Shown piece by piece: positions 1 to 9,028 of a stretch of DNA of 64,000 bases. The notes under the pieces were generated by a model. The model did no database searches, was not told the origin of the DNA, and saw only the letters and a list, made by a program, of their open reading frames with translations. Each line of letters starts with the position of its first letter. The stretch's first letter is position 1. A program made the position numbers and the translations under genes. The DNA is from a virus (taxonomy: Duplodnaviria; Heunggongvirae; Uroviricota; Caudoviricetes), in the IMG/VR virus record IMGVR_UViG_3300029935_000001, positions 32,001-96,000 of that record. One strand, 5' to 3'.

Positions 1-340
1 TTGACGTTAAATTTCGCTTACCTATAACGTCTACTGTCATTCTCGCAAAGGCATAAAGTAATCTATAGTTGTTAGGAATCACTTTAGTAAGAAGCCAGTG
101 ACAAATATAATGCTCGCGGGCAGTTAGATATACAATATTTTGTTTATCAGAAATCCAAGTAGTGTCTTCGCACAAACATTTAGGCACGACGTGGTGGCCT
201 TCGGTATAACCCAGCGCTGCCTTAGCTGTTTTCCGAGTTGACGCCCGGGCAGCCGCTCGCCGACATATTTGCTGATACCAACGAAAATATTTTGACTCAG
301 TATCAGTTTTGCTGTATAATAATGCTATGTAATCGGTCAT
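1..340 (-). CDS. HNH homing endonuclease, partial (runs off window start; not in ORF track)
   Basis: Manual translation from ATG at 340: MTDYIALLYSKTDTESKYFRWYQQICRRA...YTEGHHVVPKCL...NIVYLTAREHYICHWLLTK, an HNH motif; no stop before position 1. Confidence 0.85.
   Translation of the reverse strand, partial: MTDYIALLYSKTDTESKYFRWYQQICRRAAARASTRKTAKAALGYTEGHHVVPKCLCEDTTWISDKQNIVYLTAREHYICHWLLTKVIPNNYRLLYAFARMTVDVIGKRNLTS
292..320 (+). promoter_or_regulatory. sigma70-type promoter for 379..1452, embedded in the antisense HNH gene
   Basis: TTGACT-17nt-TATAAT. Confidence 0.65.
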
Positions 341-345
341 AAAAC

Positions 346-351
346 TATTTA
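346..351 (-). promoter_or_regulatory. T4-like late promoter core TAAATA, 5 nt before the HNH ATG
   Basis: minus strand CATAAATA-GTTTT-ATG. Confidence 0.6.
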
Positions 352-378
352 TGTGGATGCCACGGAAAGGACAATAAA

Positions 379-1452
379 ATGAACGTAAAAGCTCAACTAA
401 AGAAAGAACTGCGCGACATTGTGATGCGCGCCCAAAGATGCGCAAAGTGGATGCCTCGTCAAGGCATTGAAGCTGCTCGTATTCGCTCGCTCTTTGGTAT
501 GGCCCCGAAGCTGTATCGCAAGATGCTGGTCGAAGGCACTCGGGTTGTTGAGACCCAGATGTGCGCAAAGAACTGGGAAGGCATCACCTATGAGCACGTA
601 CCGTCGGTGGCTATGGCGCGGTACTCGCGCGCGTTCGCCCGCAATTCGCAAGTGGCATTTCCTGCCTATAAGGCAGCCCTCGAGGCCGGCACTGTGCAGG
701 CCAAGTCTGCTGCGCTGTTTCCGTACGATGTAGCTCGCACGCTCAAAGGCGGCGACACTACCATCGCCAACGAGCAGTGGAAGGCGCTGCCTAACTACAT
801 CGACGGCCGTGCCAAGCTCTTCCCAATTATCGACGTGTCTGGGTCCATGTCCTGCCAAGTAAGTGGCTCGGTAACGGCAATGGACATTGCTATCACTCTC
901 GGACTGTATATCGCTGAGCGCCAAAACAGTGCCCTCAAGGACCTGTTTATGACGTTCGACGACACGCCACGCATGATCTCAGTAGCTGGCTGCTCGTCCT
1001 TCCAGGACCGGTACCGCAAGATCAAAGACGCGCCATGGGGTGGGTCAACTAACTTACAAGCATCGTTTGACCTACTGCTCAAGACCGCAGTAGACAACCG
1101 AGCGGCTCCGGAGGACATGCCCGAATACCTGTTCATCGTGTCCGACATGGAGTTCAACGAAGCGTGCGGCAGTGGGTATTACAGAGCGCGCAAGAGCGAA
1201 ACCAACTATGCCGAGATTGAACGCAAGTATCGCGCCAGCGGGTATCAGCGCCCGAACGTTATCTTCTGGAACGTCAACGCCCGTAACGGTAATATTCAAG
1301 TCGAGGCTGACGAGAACGGCACTGCAATGATCTCGGGGTTCTCTCCAAGCATCCTGCGCCCTCTGCTCAACGCCGAATCGGTAACTCCGCGGCAGATCAT
1401 GGAGGCAGCAGTGATGGTGCCGCGCTACACCGTCGAAGGGCTTACTGCGTAA
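379..1452 (+). CDS. TROVE/Ro-like vWA-domain protein (DUF2828-like), apparently lacking its N-terminal part
   Basis: CAKWMPR, HVPSVAM, MIDAS DVSGSM, WGGSTN, VSDMEF, IFWNV, SGFSP motifs; SD AAGGA. Confidence 0.8.
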   Translation: MNVKAQLKKELRDIVMRAQRCAKWMPRQGIEAARIRSLFGMAPKLYRKMLVEGTRVVETQMCAKNWEGITYEHVPSVAMARYSRAFARNSQVAFPAYKAALEAGTVQAKSAALFPYDVARTLKGGDTTIANEQWKALPNYIDGRAKLFPIIDVSGSMSCQVSGSVTAMDIAITLGLYIAERQNSALKDLFMTFDDTPRMISVAGCSSFQDRYRKIKDAPWGGSTNLQASFDLLLKTAVDNRAAPEDMPEYLFIVSDMEFNEACGSGYYRARKSETNYAEIERKYRASGYQRPNVIFWNVNARNGNIQVEADENGTAMISGFSPSILRPLLNAESVTPRQIMEAAVMVPRYTVEGLTA

Positions 1453-1455
1453 AGG

Positions 1456-1476
1456 AAAGGGGCTTCGGCCCCTTTT
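1456..1476 (+). terminator. intrinsic terminator
   Basis: AAAGGGGC-TTCG-GCCCCTTTT. Confidence 0.85.
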
Positions 1477-1479
1477 GCT

Positions 1480-1890
1480 ATGTTGGGCATATTCCTATTT
1501 GAGATTCGACAACGTATCGGAGCATTACTGTTTTATATGGCTCAATTTGAACTTCACGTTAGGTTAGGCGTCGTAGGTGATCTGCGCTGGCGGATGCTTC
1601 AAGGCGGCGAGGTTTCAGTAAAGTGGCCAATGGGCGAGTGCGTGGTCTCCCCAGACCACCCACGGTGGGACTGGACAATAGGACCACCGCACTACATAGT
1701 CAACAGCGCAGACCCTAACGATCATTATAGGCCCTGGCTCGAGGCTAATGTAGGCAAGCAAGGGTGGGACTGGGAATGGAAGCTGGTCCCAGCGGAGCCG
1801 GGTTGCTACTCGCCAGGCGATCGAGTGCTCATTCGCGTGCGTAAAAGTAAAAGCCACACTCTGTCTGCAATGGCCTTGATGTGGGGCTAA
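1480..1890 (+). CDS. hypothetical protein (start uncertain); small paralog-family-like C-terminus
   Basis: ORF track; WLEANVGKQGWDWEW core, ends SAMALMWG. Confidence 0.6.
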   Translation: MLGIFLFEIRQRIGALLFYMAQFELHVRLGVVGDLRWRMLQGGEVSVKWPMGECVVSPDHPRWDWTIGPPHYIVNSADPNDHYRPWLEANVGKQGWDWEWKLVPAEPGCYSPGDRVLIRVRKSKSHTLSAMALMWG

Positions 1891-1913
1891 ATAATAGTTT
1901 ACAAGGATTATCT

Positions 1914-2432
1914 ATGATCGAACTATTATTTGGGTTGCTATGCGGTCCTCTCGACCGCATCCGGGGGGATAGATTCCATTTACTAAACAGTCGTTTAGTT
2001 GATAAGCTAGCATACGGAGCAGCAATTGCTGCCGCGGCTGGATTATACAACCAGCCGCTAGCACTGTTGTTAGTTGCAATTGCTATGGCAATTGGTATGA
2101 GTCCTGGATGGGGCACGCCGTACGGTGCATTCCTTGACCAACGACCTATGGATCCGATCGACCAAGAATGGTGGCAAGTCGGAATCCTTAAACGCCATAC
2201 TCAACTGGCATTGCTTGCACGCGGTGTTATCTGGGGGCTGCCTATTGTACCTGTTGCACTATACTTAGGTCAGCTAACTTTGTTATTATTGATACCTATC
2301 ATCAGTGTATCGTTTATTGTTGCGTTGTATCTAACCCGGTTAATGCCCAAAGACCGAGACCTGTGGGCCGACTCCGAGACCTTCCGCGGGTTGTTAATCG
2401 GAGTTTCTACTGCAGTGATATTTAGCGCATAG
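1914..2432 (+). CDS. multi-pass membrane protein, unknown function
   Basis: several hydrophobic segments; SD AAGGA; TAAATA at 1888. Confidence 0.7.
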   Translation: MIELLFGLLCGPLDRIRGDRFHLLNSRLVDKLAYGAAIAAAAGLYNQPLALLLVAIAMAIGMSPGWGTPYGAFLDQRPMDPIDQEWWQVGILKRHTQLALLARGVIWGLPIVPVALYLGQLTLLLLIPIISVSFIVALYLTRLMPKDRDLWADSETFRGLLIGVSTAVIFSA

Positions 2433-2508
2433 TGTGCACAAATGCACAGCACAAGACGCTAACATAACGTATTATAATAATAGGTGTTAACTATACGAGG
2501 ATTGTGCT

Positions 2509-3816
2509 GTGTATCTTTCTACAAAATTTAAATTTTCGTTGTCCTTGCTTTTAGCGTTTGCCTGGGCAACATTTTCGTGGTATATTGCGCTTCCGTGGGT
2601 CGCGGGGTTGTCGACCGTTATACCTACGTGGACAGCCTGGATGATTATTTTTGGTATAGCTATCATCCCCGGGTTTATGAACGCGTTCTTAGTGTCGTCG
2701 TTGGCTTTTGATCGTCGACCAAAATTCCGGCCAGACTTGTCGAGGTACCCGCCGCTCACTATTCTGGTTGCTGCATACAACGAAGAAGCAGGGATTGCAT
2801 CAACTATTGAATCTATTGCTAAGCAAGAGTATCCCGGTAAGCTGAGTGTTATCGTTGTAAACGACGGGTCCACGGACTCAACGGCCGAGATTGTAAAATC
2901 GCTGCAGCCGCAACATAAGTGGCTCCGATTGCTAACAATGACCCAAAACGTAGGCAAAGCAAATGCTCTTACATATGCATTGCGATTTGTTAAAACCAGT
3001 ATCTTAGTAACCCTCGACGGCGATTCGTACTTATACCGAGACGCGCTAAAAAACATTGTTGGGCGTTACCTTAGTGATCCGGTTAATACTACTGCTGTTG
3101 CTGGGGCAGTCTTGGTTCGCAACAGTCGAAAAAACTTTGTAACTAAAATCCAAGAATGGGATTACTTCCACGGCATTGCTTCGATTAAACGTCTGCAATC
3201 ATTGTACCAAGGCACGTTGGTCGCTCAAGGCGCGTTTAGTTTATATAAAACCTCTTCAGTAAAGGCAGCAGGCGGCTGGCCGCATACGGTAGGCGAAGAC
3301 ATTGTGCTAACATGGGCGCTTCTTAAACAAGGCGACAGAGTAGGCTTTGCTGAAAACGCCATTACGTTTACCAACGCACCTGACAACTGGCCACAGTTTA
3401 TTCGCCAACGACAGCGTTGGAGTCGAGGACTCATTGAAGCATTTAAAGAACACGGTAGTTTGTTGTTTCGCAAGCGGATGACGACGTTGTTTATTTGGTG
3501 GAATTTAATGTTCCCGTACCTCGACTTTGTCTATACATTTGCATTTATTCCAGGAATTTTGTTAGCTCTATTCGGCGTTTTTTGGATTGCTGGTCCACTT
3601 ACGCTTATTGTCCTACCATTGGCAATGATAGTAAACTACATTATGTATCGAATCCAGAGCCGTATGTTTGCAGATCAAGGATTGCGAGTTCGTAAAAATA
3701 TCCTGGGATTTTTTGCTTACGCGCTGTGTTATAGCTTCATTCTTCAGCCAGCATCGGTATGGGGCTACGCTAAAGAAATCATCAACGGAACAAAGAAAAA
3801 TTGGGGAACCAAATGA
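2509..3816 (+). CDS. processive family-2 glycosyltransferase (PgaC/IcaA-like polysaccharide synthase)
   Basis: AAYNEE, NDGSTD, GKANAL, DGD, GED and QRQRW (D,D,D,QxxRW) motifs; N- and C-terminal TM helices; GTG start with GAGGA SD. Confidence 0.9.
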   Translation: MYLSTKFKFSLSLLLAFAWATFSWYIALPWVAGLSTVIPTWTAWMIIFGIAIIPGFMNAFLVSSLAFDRRPKFRPDLSRYPPLTILVAAYNEEAGIASTIESIAKQEYPGKLSVIVVNDGSTDSTAEIVKSLQPQHKWLRLLTMTQNVGKANALTYALRFVKTSILVTLDGDSYLYRDALKNIVGRYLSDPVNTTAVAGAVLVRNSRKNFVTKIQEWDYFHGIASIKRLQSLYQGTLVAQGAFSLYKTSSVKAAGGWPHTVGEDIVLTWALLKQGDRVGFAENAITFTNAPDNWPQFIRQRQRWSRGLIEAFKEHGSLLFRKRMTTLFIWWNLMFPYLDFVYTFAFIPGILLALFGVFWIAGPLTLIVLPLAMIVNYIMYRIQSRMFADQGLRVRKNILGFFAYALCYSFILQPASVWGYAKEIINGTKKNWGTK

Positions 3817-4718
3817 AAAAGCTTTTTGGAGTATTGTTGTTTGCGCCTGCAGTTGCTTCGGCACAACAAATTTACAGCAGCTATTGGTACGGTGAAGACA
3901 CGGATCAAAACCGCGAGCATTCTGTTGCTGTAGAAGGTTGGCAAAACATCACAACGGCTTCATTTTTTGAAGCCAATGTTGGTGCGCGAGTAACTCAAAG
4001 CCGCGTGTCAAATCGGGGTCAAAGCCAAAACACCACAGATGCAAGAGTTCTAGGCCATGTTATTCTCGATAACATGTGGAACTTAAACTACAGCATTGGT
4101 GTGTTTAACGGAGCAAAAACCGAAATGGTTGGCTCGGTCGAAGGATCGCTTCGAACTGAAAAGACGCTTTTTGCACTAGGGGTTGACCGCAGTGGTATTT
4201 CGTCGATTACAGGCGAGCAAAATGGGGTGCGAGTAGGCGCTCATACATATCGAACTCGATATTATACGTCAGCTGAATATTTTGGTACACGCTGGGGCGC
4301 GTCTGGCGTAGGCTACGTTGAGAATTTCTCAGACGCAAATACCCGGCGCGGTATTGACAGCCGAGTGTATTACACGGTGCTGCCTGCTGCAGGCGCTAGC
4401 GTTTATGTCAAAACGCGACACTGGCGCAATTCAAAACCGTACACAGGTAACTATTATTCGCCCGATCAACTTGATCGATACTTGGCGGGGGTTCAAGTAA
4501 AATATTCGGTGTCTGATAACGTCGTGCTAAGTGGTTACGCAGACGCTGGTGTTCAACACGTCGACAGTAAAACTTCACGTGTCCGCAATTGGAAAGTGCA
4601 AATTGATCGCACACATAGCAATGCGGTAGCATACGGAGCCGCAGTAGGAGTAGACTCGTCTGCGAATCATTCGTATCGGTATAAGTACGCTACGGCTTTT
4701 GTAAATTATCGATTTTGA
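3813..4718 (+). CDS. outer-membrane beta-barrel protein (possible polysaccharide export pore, PgaA/YaiO-like)
   Basis: signal peptide MKKLFGVLLFAPAVASA; amphipathic beta strands; YYSP motif; C-terminal YRF; ATGA overlap with the GT2 stop. Confidence 0.7.
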   Translation: MKKLFGVLLFAPAVASAQQIYSSYWYGEDTDQNREHSVAVEGWQNITTASFFEANVGARVTQSRVSNRGQSQNTTDARVLGHVILDNMWNLNYSIGVFNGAKTEMVGSVEGSLRTEKTLFALGVDRSGISSITGEQNGVRVGAHTYRTRYYTSAEYFGTRWGASGVGYVENFSDANTRRGIDSRVYYTVLPAAGASVYVKTRHWRNSKPYTGNYYSPDQLDRYLAGVQVKYSVSDNVVLSGYADAGVQHVDSKTSRVRNWKVQIDRTHSNAVAYGAAVGVDSSANHSYRYKYATAFVNYRF

Positions 4719-4729
4719 TAAACTTGCGG

Positions 4730-4758
4730 TTGACCGCCGCATAATATAATTGTAACAT
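4730..4758 (+). promoter_or_regulatory. sigma70-type promoter
   Basis: TTGACC-17nt-TAACAT. Confidence 0.45.
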
Positions 4759-4781
4759 TTAACTTTTAACAAGGACTATAT

Positions 4782-5231
4782 ATGAAAAAAATTCTACTTG
4801 CTTCTGCACTTGCTTTTACTGCGTCGACTGCGTTTGCTTGGGAAATTGGCATTACTGGTAACCGCGACTATGCCGGTGACAACCGTAACGGCGCTGGTGT
4901 CGTAGTTGCTAACCAATACGGCAACCTCGGTGTTGCTGCTGCGTTTGATCGGACCTCAGTTGGCGACAACGATCAGAACCGTTACAGCGTGACTGGCAGC
5001 TACGACGTACCGGTCTATCAAAACATCACCGTAGGCCCTCGCGTTGGCGTAGCCTACCTCGACAACCAATCCGGTCGTGACGGCTATGCCCTTGTCGCTG
5101 GTGTTGGCGCTCGTGTGCCAGTGACTGATACTGTGGCTATCACCGTAGACTACACTCGCCAGCGCGGCGAAGAGTCAGTCAAAGGCTTCGACGGCAACCG
5201 CTACACTGTTGGCGTGCGCTACGGCTTCTAA
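4782..5231 (+). CDS. small outer-membrane beta-barrel (OmpA/Ail/Lom-like)
   Basis: signal peptide ending AFA; alternating hydrophobic strands; C-terminal VGVRYGF. Confidence 0.8.
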   Translation: MKKILLASALAFTASTAFAWEIGITGNRDYAGDNRNGAGVVVANQYGNLGVAAAFDRTSVGDNDQNRYSVTGSYDVPVYQNITVGPRVGVAYLDNQSGRDGYALVAGVGARVPVTDTVAITVDYTRQRGEESVKGFDGNRYTVGVRYGF

Positions 5232-5239
5232 CTTACCAA

Positions 5240-5263
5240 AAACAAGGCCGCAAGGCCTTGTTT
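5240..5263 (+). terminator. intrinsic terminator
   Basis: AAACAAGGCC-GCAA-GGCCTTGTTT. Confidence 0.8.
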
Positions 5264-5268
5264 CATTT

Positions 5269-5541
5269 ATGACAGTCGAAAAGAAACTCCTTACCTTATT
5301 CATCGAAGAAGCGGCAGAATGCACGCAAGAGATCTGCAAGATGCTTCATCACGGGATCAACAATGTAAACCCGGTGACTGGTGTAGCTAATCTCGAGAAG
5401 CTACACACCGAAGTTGGCGACTTGCTGGCCATCATCGAAATGGCGCAAGACCGCGGACTGCTTGACCCATTCAAACTCCAACAGGCGATTCTCGACAAGC
5501 GCGAACGGCTCAAGCATTGGCACCCTGATCTTTTTGGTTGA
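5269..5541 (+). CDS. MazG-like nucleotide pyrophosphohydrolase
   Basis: EEAAE...EVGDL motif. Confidence 0.7.
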   Translation: MTVEKKLLTLFIEEAAECTQEICKMLHHGINNVNPVTGVANLEKLHTEVGDLLAIIEMAQDRGLLDPFKLQQAILDKRERLKHWHPDLFG

Positions 5542-5566
5542 CATCCTACTGCTGCTCCAGTATAAT
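5538..5566 (+). promoter_or_regulatory. sigma70 early promoter
   Basis: TTGACA-17-TATAAT. Confidence 0.85.
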
Positions 5567-5597
5567 AGCTACATACTGAAACGCTGGAGCAGCGACT

Positions 5598-5699
5598 ATG
5601 ATCCGGAAGTTTGTGCAGGCTTACAAATATCTCCAAAAATACAATCATAGCCGCCGCGTTAGCCCAGGCCAACTGATCACTTACGTCTTGGGGCTGTAA
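5598..5699 (+). CDS. 33-aa hypothetical peptide (below ORF-track cutoff)
   Basis: MIRKFVQAYKYLQKYNHSRRVSPGQLITYVLGL; GGAG SD; directly after promoter. Confidence 0.55.
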   Translation: MIRKFVQAYKYLQKYNHSRRVSPGQLITYVLGL

Positions 5700-5700
5700 C

Positions 5701-5967
5701 ATGTATCTCTACACACCGAAGAAAGGCTTTGTGCAGACTGTAACCCCGCCGCGAGTGGGTTACAGTCCCAGTCACTACGCTACGGTTTGCGCATTTGTCA
5801 ATAAGTATTTCTCAAGGCTGAGCCAAGCAGAAAAGGCCGGGCTTGTATGGGTGGTCCAGCGCGATTACCCCACAGTCAAATATTACAGCCCGTTTCCGTG
5901 CCGCACTGTTCCTGTACGCGGCCATCAGTTCCCGGCTATCTTGTTCGACGAGACCGTAGTCAAATGA
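5701..5967 (+). CDS. hypothetical protein
   Basis: ORF track; tight operon packing. Confidence 0.6.
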   Translation: MYLYTPKKGFVQTVTPPRVGYSPSHYATVCAFVNKYFSRLSQAEKAGLVWVVQRDYPTVKYYSPFPCRTVPVRGHQFPAILFDETVVK

Positions 5968-6395
5968 CCGAGGCACTGTCTAAAAACAAGCGCCGGTTCT
6001 ACGAGCGTATGCTCGGTATTGCTGACCTAATCGGCGAGAACAGTAACGAACCCCGTTACCGCTTCGGGGCTGTGCTTGAGTTCAATAAGACGGTGATCTC
6101 GTCGGGCTACAACTACCGCAAGACGCACCCGTTTGTTTTTCGCAATGGCTATAGGCGTGAAGAGGGCAAACAGGGCCGCACGTTTGTTCATAGCGAAGTG
6201 AGCTGCTTGAGCCGCATTCGCGTGGTTCCCAAAGGGGCTACTCTTTTTGTAAGCCGACGGGATCGGTTCGGAAACCGCCAGTTCGGTCGCCCTTGTCCGG
6301 TGTGCCTGGAGCAGATTCGTATCAAAGGTGTCGAGACGGTGGTCTATACTACCGAGTCTGGCTTTGCAGTGGAGTATTTTTCTCATGACGACTGA
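5964..6395 (+). CDS. zinc-dependent cytidine/dCMP deaminase-family protein
   Basis: SGYN, HSE and PCPVC zinc motifs; ATGA overlap. Confidence 0.8.
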   Translation: MTEALSKNKRRFYERMLGIADLIGENSNEPRYRFGAVLEFNKTVISSGYNYRKTHPFVFRNGYRREEGKQGRTFVHSEVSCLSRIRVVPKGATLFVSRRDRFGNRQFGRPCPVCLEQIRIKGVETVVYTTESGFAVEYFSHDD

Positions 6396-6675
6396 AATTT
6401 TTTACAAAATCCGTAACCGCAAGACTGGCTTGTTTAGCAAAGGCGGCAGCCCAGGCAATGTCTCTTGGGTGAAGCGGGCTGGCAAAACATGGAATTCGCT
6501 TGGCACCCTGCGCAGTCACATCTCGCAGCATTTGCCGAGTGAATACAAGCTCAGATGCACTGATATGAGCGACTGGGAAGTAGTCGAGTATGTGGTCACC
6601 GAATCGAAGGCGCGGCCCATCTCCGAGCTCATGTCCGACAAGCAACTAGTCCAACTGTTAACGCATTCTGGTTGA
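6385..6675 (+). CDS. hypothetical phage protein
   Basis: YKIRNRKTGLFSKGG N-terminus; operon packing. Confidence 0.65.
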   Translation: MTTEIFYKIRNRKTGLFSKGGSPGNVSWVKRAGKTWNSLGTLRSHISQHLPSEYKLRCTDMSDWEVVEYVVTESKARPISELMSDKQLVQLLTHSG

Positions 6676-6700
6676 CCTTTCTGTGCAGACCCGGTATAAT
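6672..6700 (+). promoter_or_regulatory. sigma70 early promoter
   Basis: TTGACC-17-TATAAT; shares GTATAATAGCTACATA with the 5538 promoter. Confidence 0.85.
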
Positions 6701-6727
6701 AGCTACATAACGTAAAGGAGCTAGCAA

Positions 6728-7093
6728 ATGAGCAACCCCGAATCACTAGCAGTGTTTGTGGTAATGACCAACAAAGACCTCACTGAAGGTAAAGGCGGCG
6801 ACGAGCCGCTGATGCTGTGCGAAACCGCTACTACTGCTGCGCGTCTTGGAAAAGGCCGGTACGTTCAGGGTTCTGATTGCCCGGTGATTGAAGTGCCAGC
6901 AGTCAAGCTCAATGGCGAATGGTGGCTGCCTGTGCGCCGGATTCCGATCGAGCGTGCTTCGACCGAGGACCTGGCGTTTGAACACCAACAAGCTGTTGAC
7001 GCCGCCCGAGCTCGTGCCAAAGCGGCCGCCCTCCGGAAGGCGCAAGCTGCTGGGCTTAGTGACGATGACATTGCTGCCCTTATTGGATACTAA
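6728..7093 (+). CDS. hypothetical protein
   Basis: AAGGAG SD; ORF track. Confidence 0.7.
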   Translation: MSNPESLAVFVVMTNKDLTEGKGGDEPLMLCETATTAARLGKGRYVQGSDCPVIEVPAVKLNGEWWLPVRRIPIERASTEDLAFEHQQAVDAARARAKAAALRKAQAAGLSDDDIAALIGY

Positions 7094-7094
7094 C

Positions 7095-7334
7095 ATGACC
7101 GACCAAAAAGCAAAGCGTCTACTCAAAGACATGATGGACCGAGGGTTAGGCGTTTCCGGGCATCATGTTAGCAACGGCGCCGACTACTACCAATGCTCGA
7201 TGTGCTTTGCCAGCAAAGACACCATGGGGTTTGCGGACATCGAGGCCCGACTCGACGACGTGGATCACCGCCCAGACTGTGATCTCGTGAAGATTGCTAA
7301 CTGGCTCAACGAACAGTTTCCAGAGGAAGAATGA
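7095..7334 (+). CDS. hypothetical small Cys/His (possibly zinc-binding) protein
   Basis: CSMC...HRPDC. Confidence 0.6.
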   Translation: MTDQKAKRLLKDMMDRGLGVSGHHVSNGADYYQCSMCFASKDTMGFADIEARLDDVDHRPDCDLVKIANWLNEQFPEEE

Positions 7335-7780
7335 TGCTTACTGTTGAAGAACGCCTGCGTTTGTGCCACCAAGGTACCGCTTGGATGGGCACCCTTATTG
7401 AAAAACAGCTTCGCGAGCTCACCGACCTCTTGGCCGCCTCCGAACGGTCAGATGCCGAGAGCCTGGCGATGTACCGCAGTGCTCGAGATCGTGCCGATCG
7501 TCTCCAGCTCGAGATTGACGAGATCAAGCAAACCGAGTTCCCGCGCCGCGTCGAGAAAGTGGCCGAGGCCTGGCGCAACAAAGTCGAGCAGCTTACTGAG
7601 GCCGAAGCTGTTATGCGGCGCAACGCCCTTGAGCACCAAGCCGAGGCCGAAAAACTGCGCGAAGCGCTGGCTGACTGCGTGCGTTACATCAGGGTCTATG
7701 CCGATCCCGACCGTGAAGGAATCGACCCCGACACCGTCGAAAAGGCCGAAGAACTTCTTGCAAAATTCGACATCCTGTAG
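7331..7780 (+). CDS. hypothetical coiled-coil protein
   Basis: GAGG SD; helical, E/R/A-rich. Confidence 0.65.
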   Translation: MMLTVEERLRLCHQGTAWMGTLIEKQLRELTDLLAASERSDAESLAMYRSARDRADRLQLEIDEIKQTEFPRRVEKVAEAWRNKVEQLTEAEAVMRRNALEHQAEAEKLREALADCVRYIRVYADPDREGIDPDTVEKAEELLAKFDIL

Positions 7781-7786
7781 TATAAT
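7758..7786 (+). promoter_or_regulatory. sigma70-type promoter
   Basis: TTGCAA-17-TATAAT. Confidence 0.65.
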
Positions 7787-7816
7787 CAATACTTAAATAA
7801 AGCCGAGGCTGCAACT

Positions 7817-8962
7817 ATGCTCCAAGTTCAAGAATACCTGCGTGACACCCGATTTGCCGATAACTTCGCTGCGCTCGAAGTTCTTGAGGCCGAGCTGGGC
7901 ATTAAGGCACGCATTTACGAAGACGACAACCTCGTCCTACTCGACTACAACCAGATCGAGTCGCCCAAGACTCACCCGATTGTGATCGAGTGCCGTTCGC
8001 TGATCTTGGCACTCGATACCTTTGAGGTTGTGTCGCAAAAGTTCCGACGCTTCTTCAACCTTGGTGAAGCTCCGGATCTGGTTGCTGGTATGGACTACTC
8101 GAAGTCAGTTGTTCTCGAAAAGGCCGACGGCTCGCTGAGCGGTGTGTATCGCAACCCGCATACCAAGCAGTGGGAGATTTCAACCCGCGGTATGGCCAAG
8201 GCCGAGGGCGAGCATATTATGGGCGGCACCTTCCGTGAGCGGATGCGGAGCGCGTTTGGCTTTGCTGACGAAGCCGAGTTCCAGAAATACTTCAATACTG
8301 CTCCGGCGATCAACCAACGTGCCACTTACATCTTCGAGTTCACCTCGCCTGAAAACCGCATTGTGACCAAGTACGAAAAGCCGGAGATGGTGTTGATCGG
8401 CGCAACCCTCGACGGCCGGGAGTTCTCGCTTGAGGGCTTGACGATCTTGGCGCAGTTGATGATCCAAGATGGTCTCACTGTGCGTATGCCGCAAGTGTTC
8501 CCTGCCACTGACGCCAAGGCGCTGGTTGAGATGGTCAATGCGTTTGAGAACCTGGCTGAGGGCGTAGTAGTGTGGGAAGAATCCACCGGGCGCCGTGTGA
8601 AGATCAAGTCGCAAACCTACCTGGCGGCACATAAATTGCGCGGCAACGACGCAGTGCCAACCCGCAAGAACATGATGGCTGTTGTGCTCGAGGGCGAAAT
8701 CGACGAGCTGCTGGCTGTGTTTCCCGAGTTTCGGCAGTATGCGGAACCGGTGCTGGCCGATGTAGCCGAAGTTGAGCGCCAAATTACCGAGGTGTGGGCT
8801 GCGACCAAAGACATCGCTGAGCAAAAAGCGTTCGCGCTTGCTGTTGTGCCGCACGGGCGCATCTCGAAGGTACTGTTTGAAGCCCGCAAGCTCGGTGCCG
8901 AGCCGCTAAAGACTTTCCATGCTATGCCGCTCAACACCAAGATGGGTATTGTCGGACTGTAA
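7817..8962 (+). CDS. RNA ligase 1 (T4 Rnl1/RnlA-like)
   Basis: ECR, RFFN, motif I KADGSL, FEFTSPENRIV, EGVVV, KIKS. Confidence 0.85.
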   Translation: MLQVQEYLRDTRFADNFAALEVLEAELGIKARIYEDDNLVLLDYNQIESPKTHPIVIECRSLILALDTFEVVSQKFRRFFNLGEAPDLVAGMDYSKSVVLEKADGSLSGVYRNPHTKQWEISTRGMAKAEGEHIMGGTFRERMRSAFGFADEAEFQKYFNTAPAINQRATYIFEFTSPENRIVTKYEKPEMVLIGATLDGREFSLEGLTILAQLMIQDGLTVRMPQVFPATDAKALVEMVNAFENLAEGVVVWEESTGRRVKIKSQTYLAAHKLRGNDAVPTRKNMMAVVLEGEIDELLAVFPEFRQYAEPVLADVAEVERQITEVWAATKDIAEQKAFALAVVPHGRISKVLFEARKLGAEPLKTFHAMPLNTKMGIVGL

Positions 8963-8974
8963 GCACCGAACCGG

Positions 8975-9007
8975 AAGCAATGCGCTATACTATAGCGCAT
9001 TGCTTTT
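8975..9007 (+). terminator. long palindrome / terminator
   Basis: AAGCAATGCGCTATA-C-TATAGCGCATTGCTT followed by TT. Confidence 0.6.
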
Positions 9008-9028
9008 CTGAAAATACACAAGCCCACT

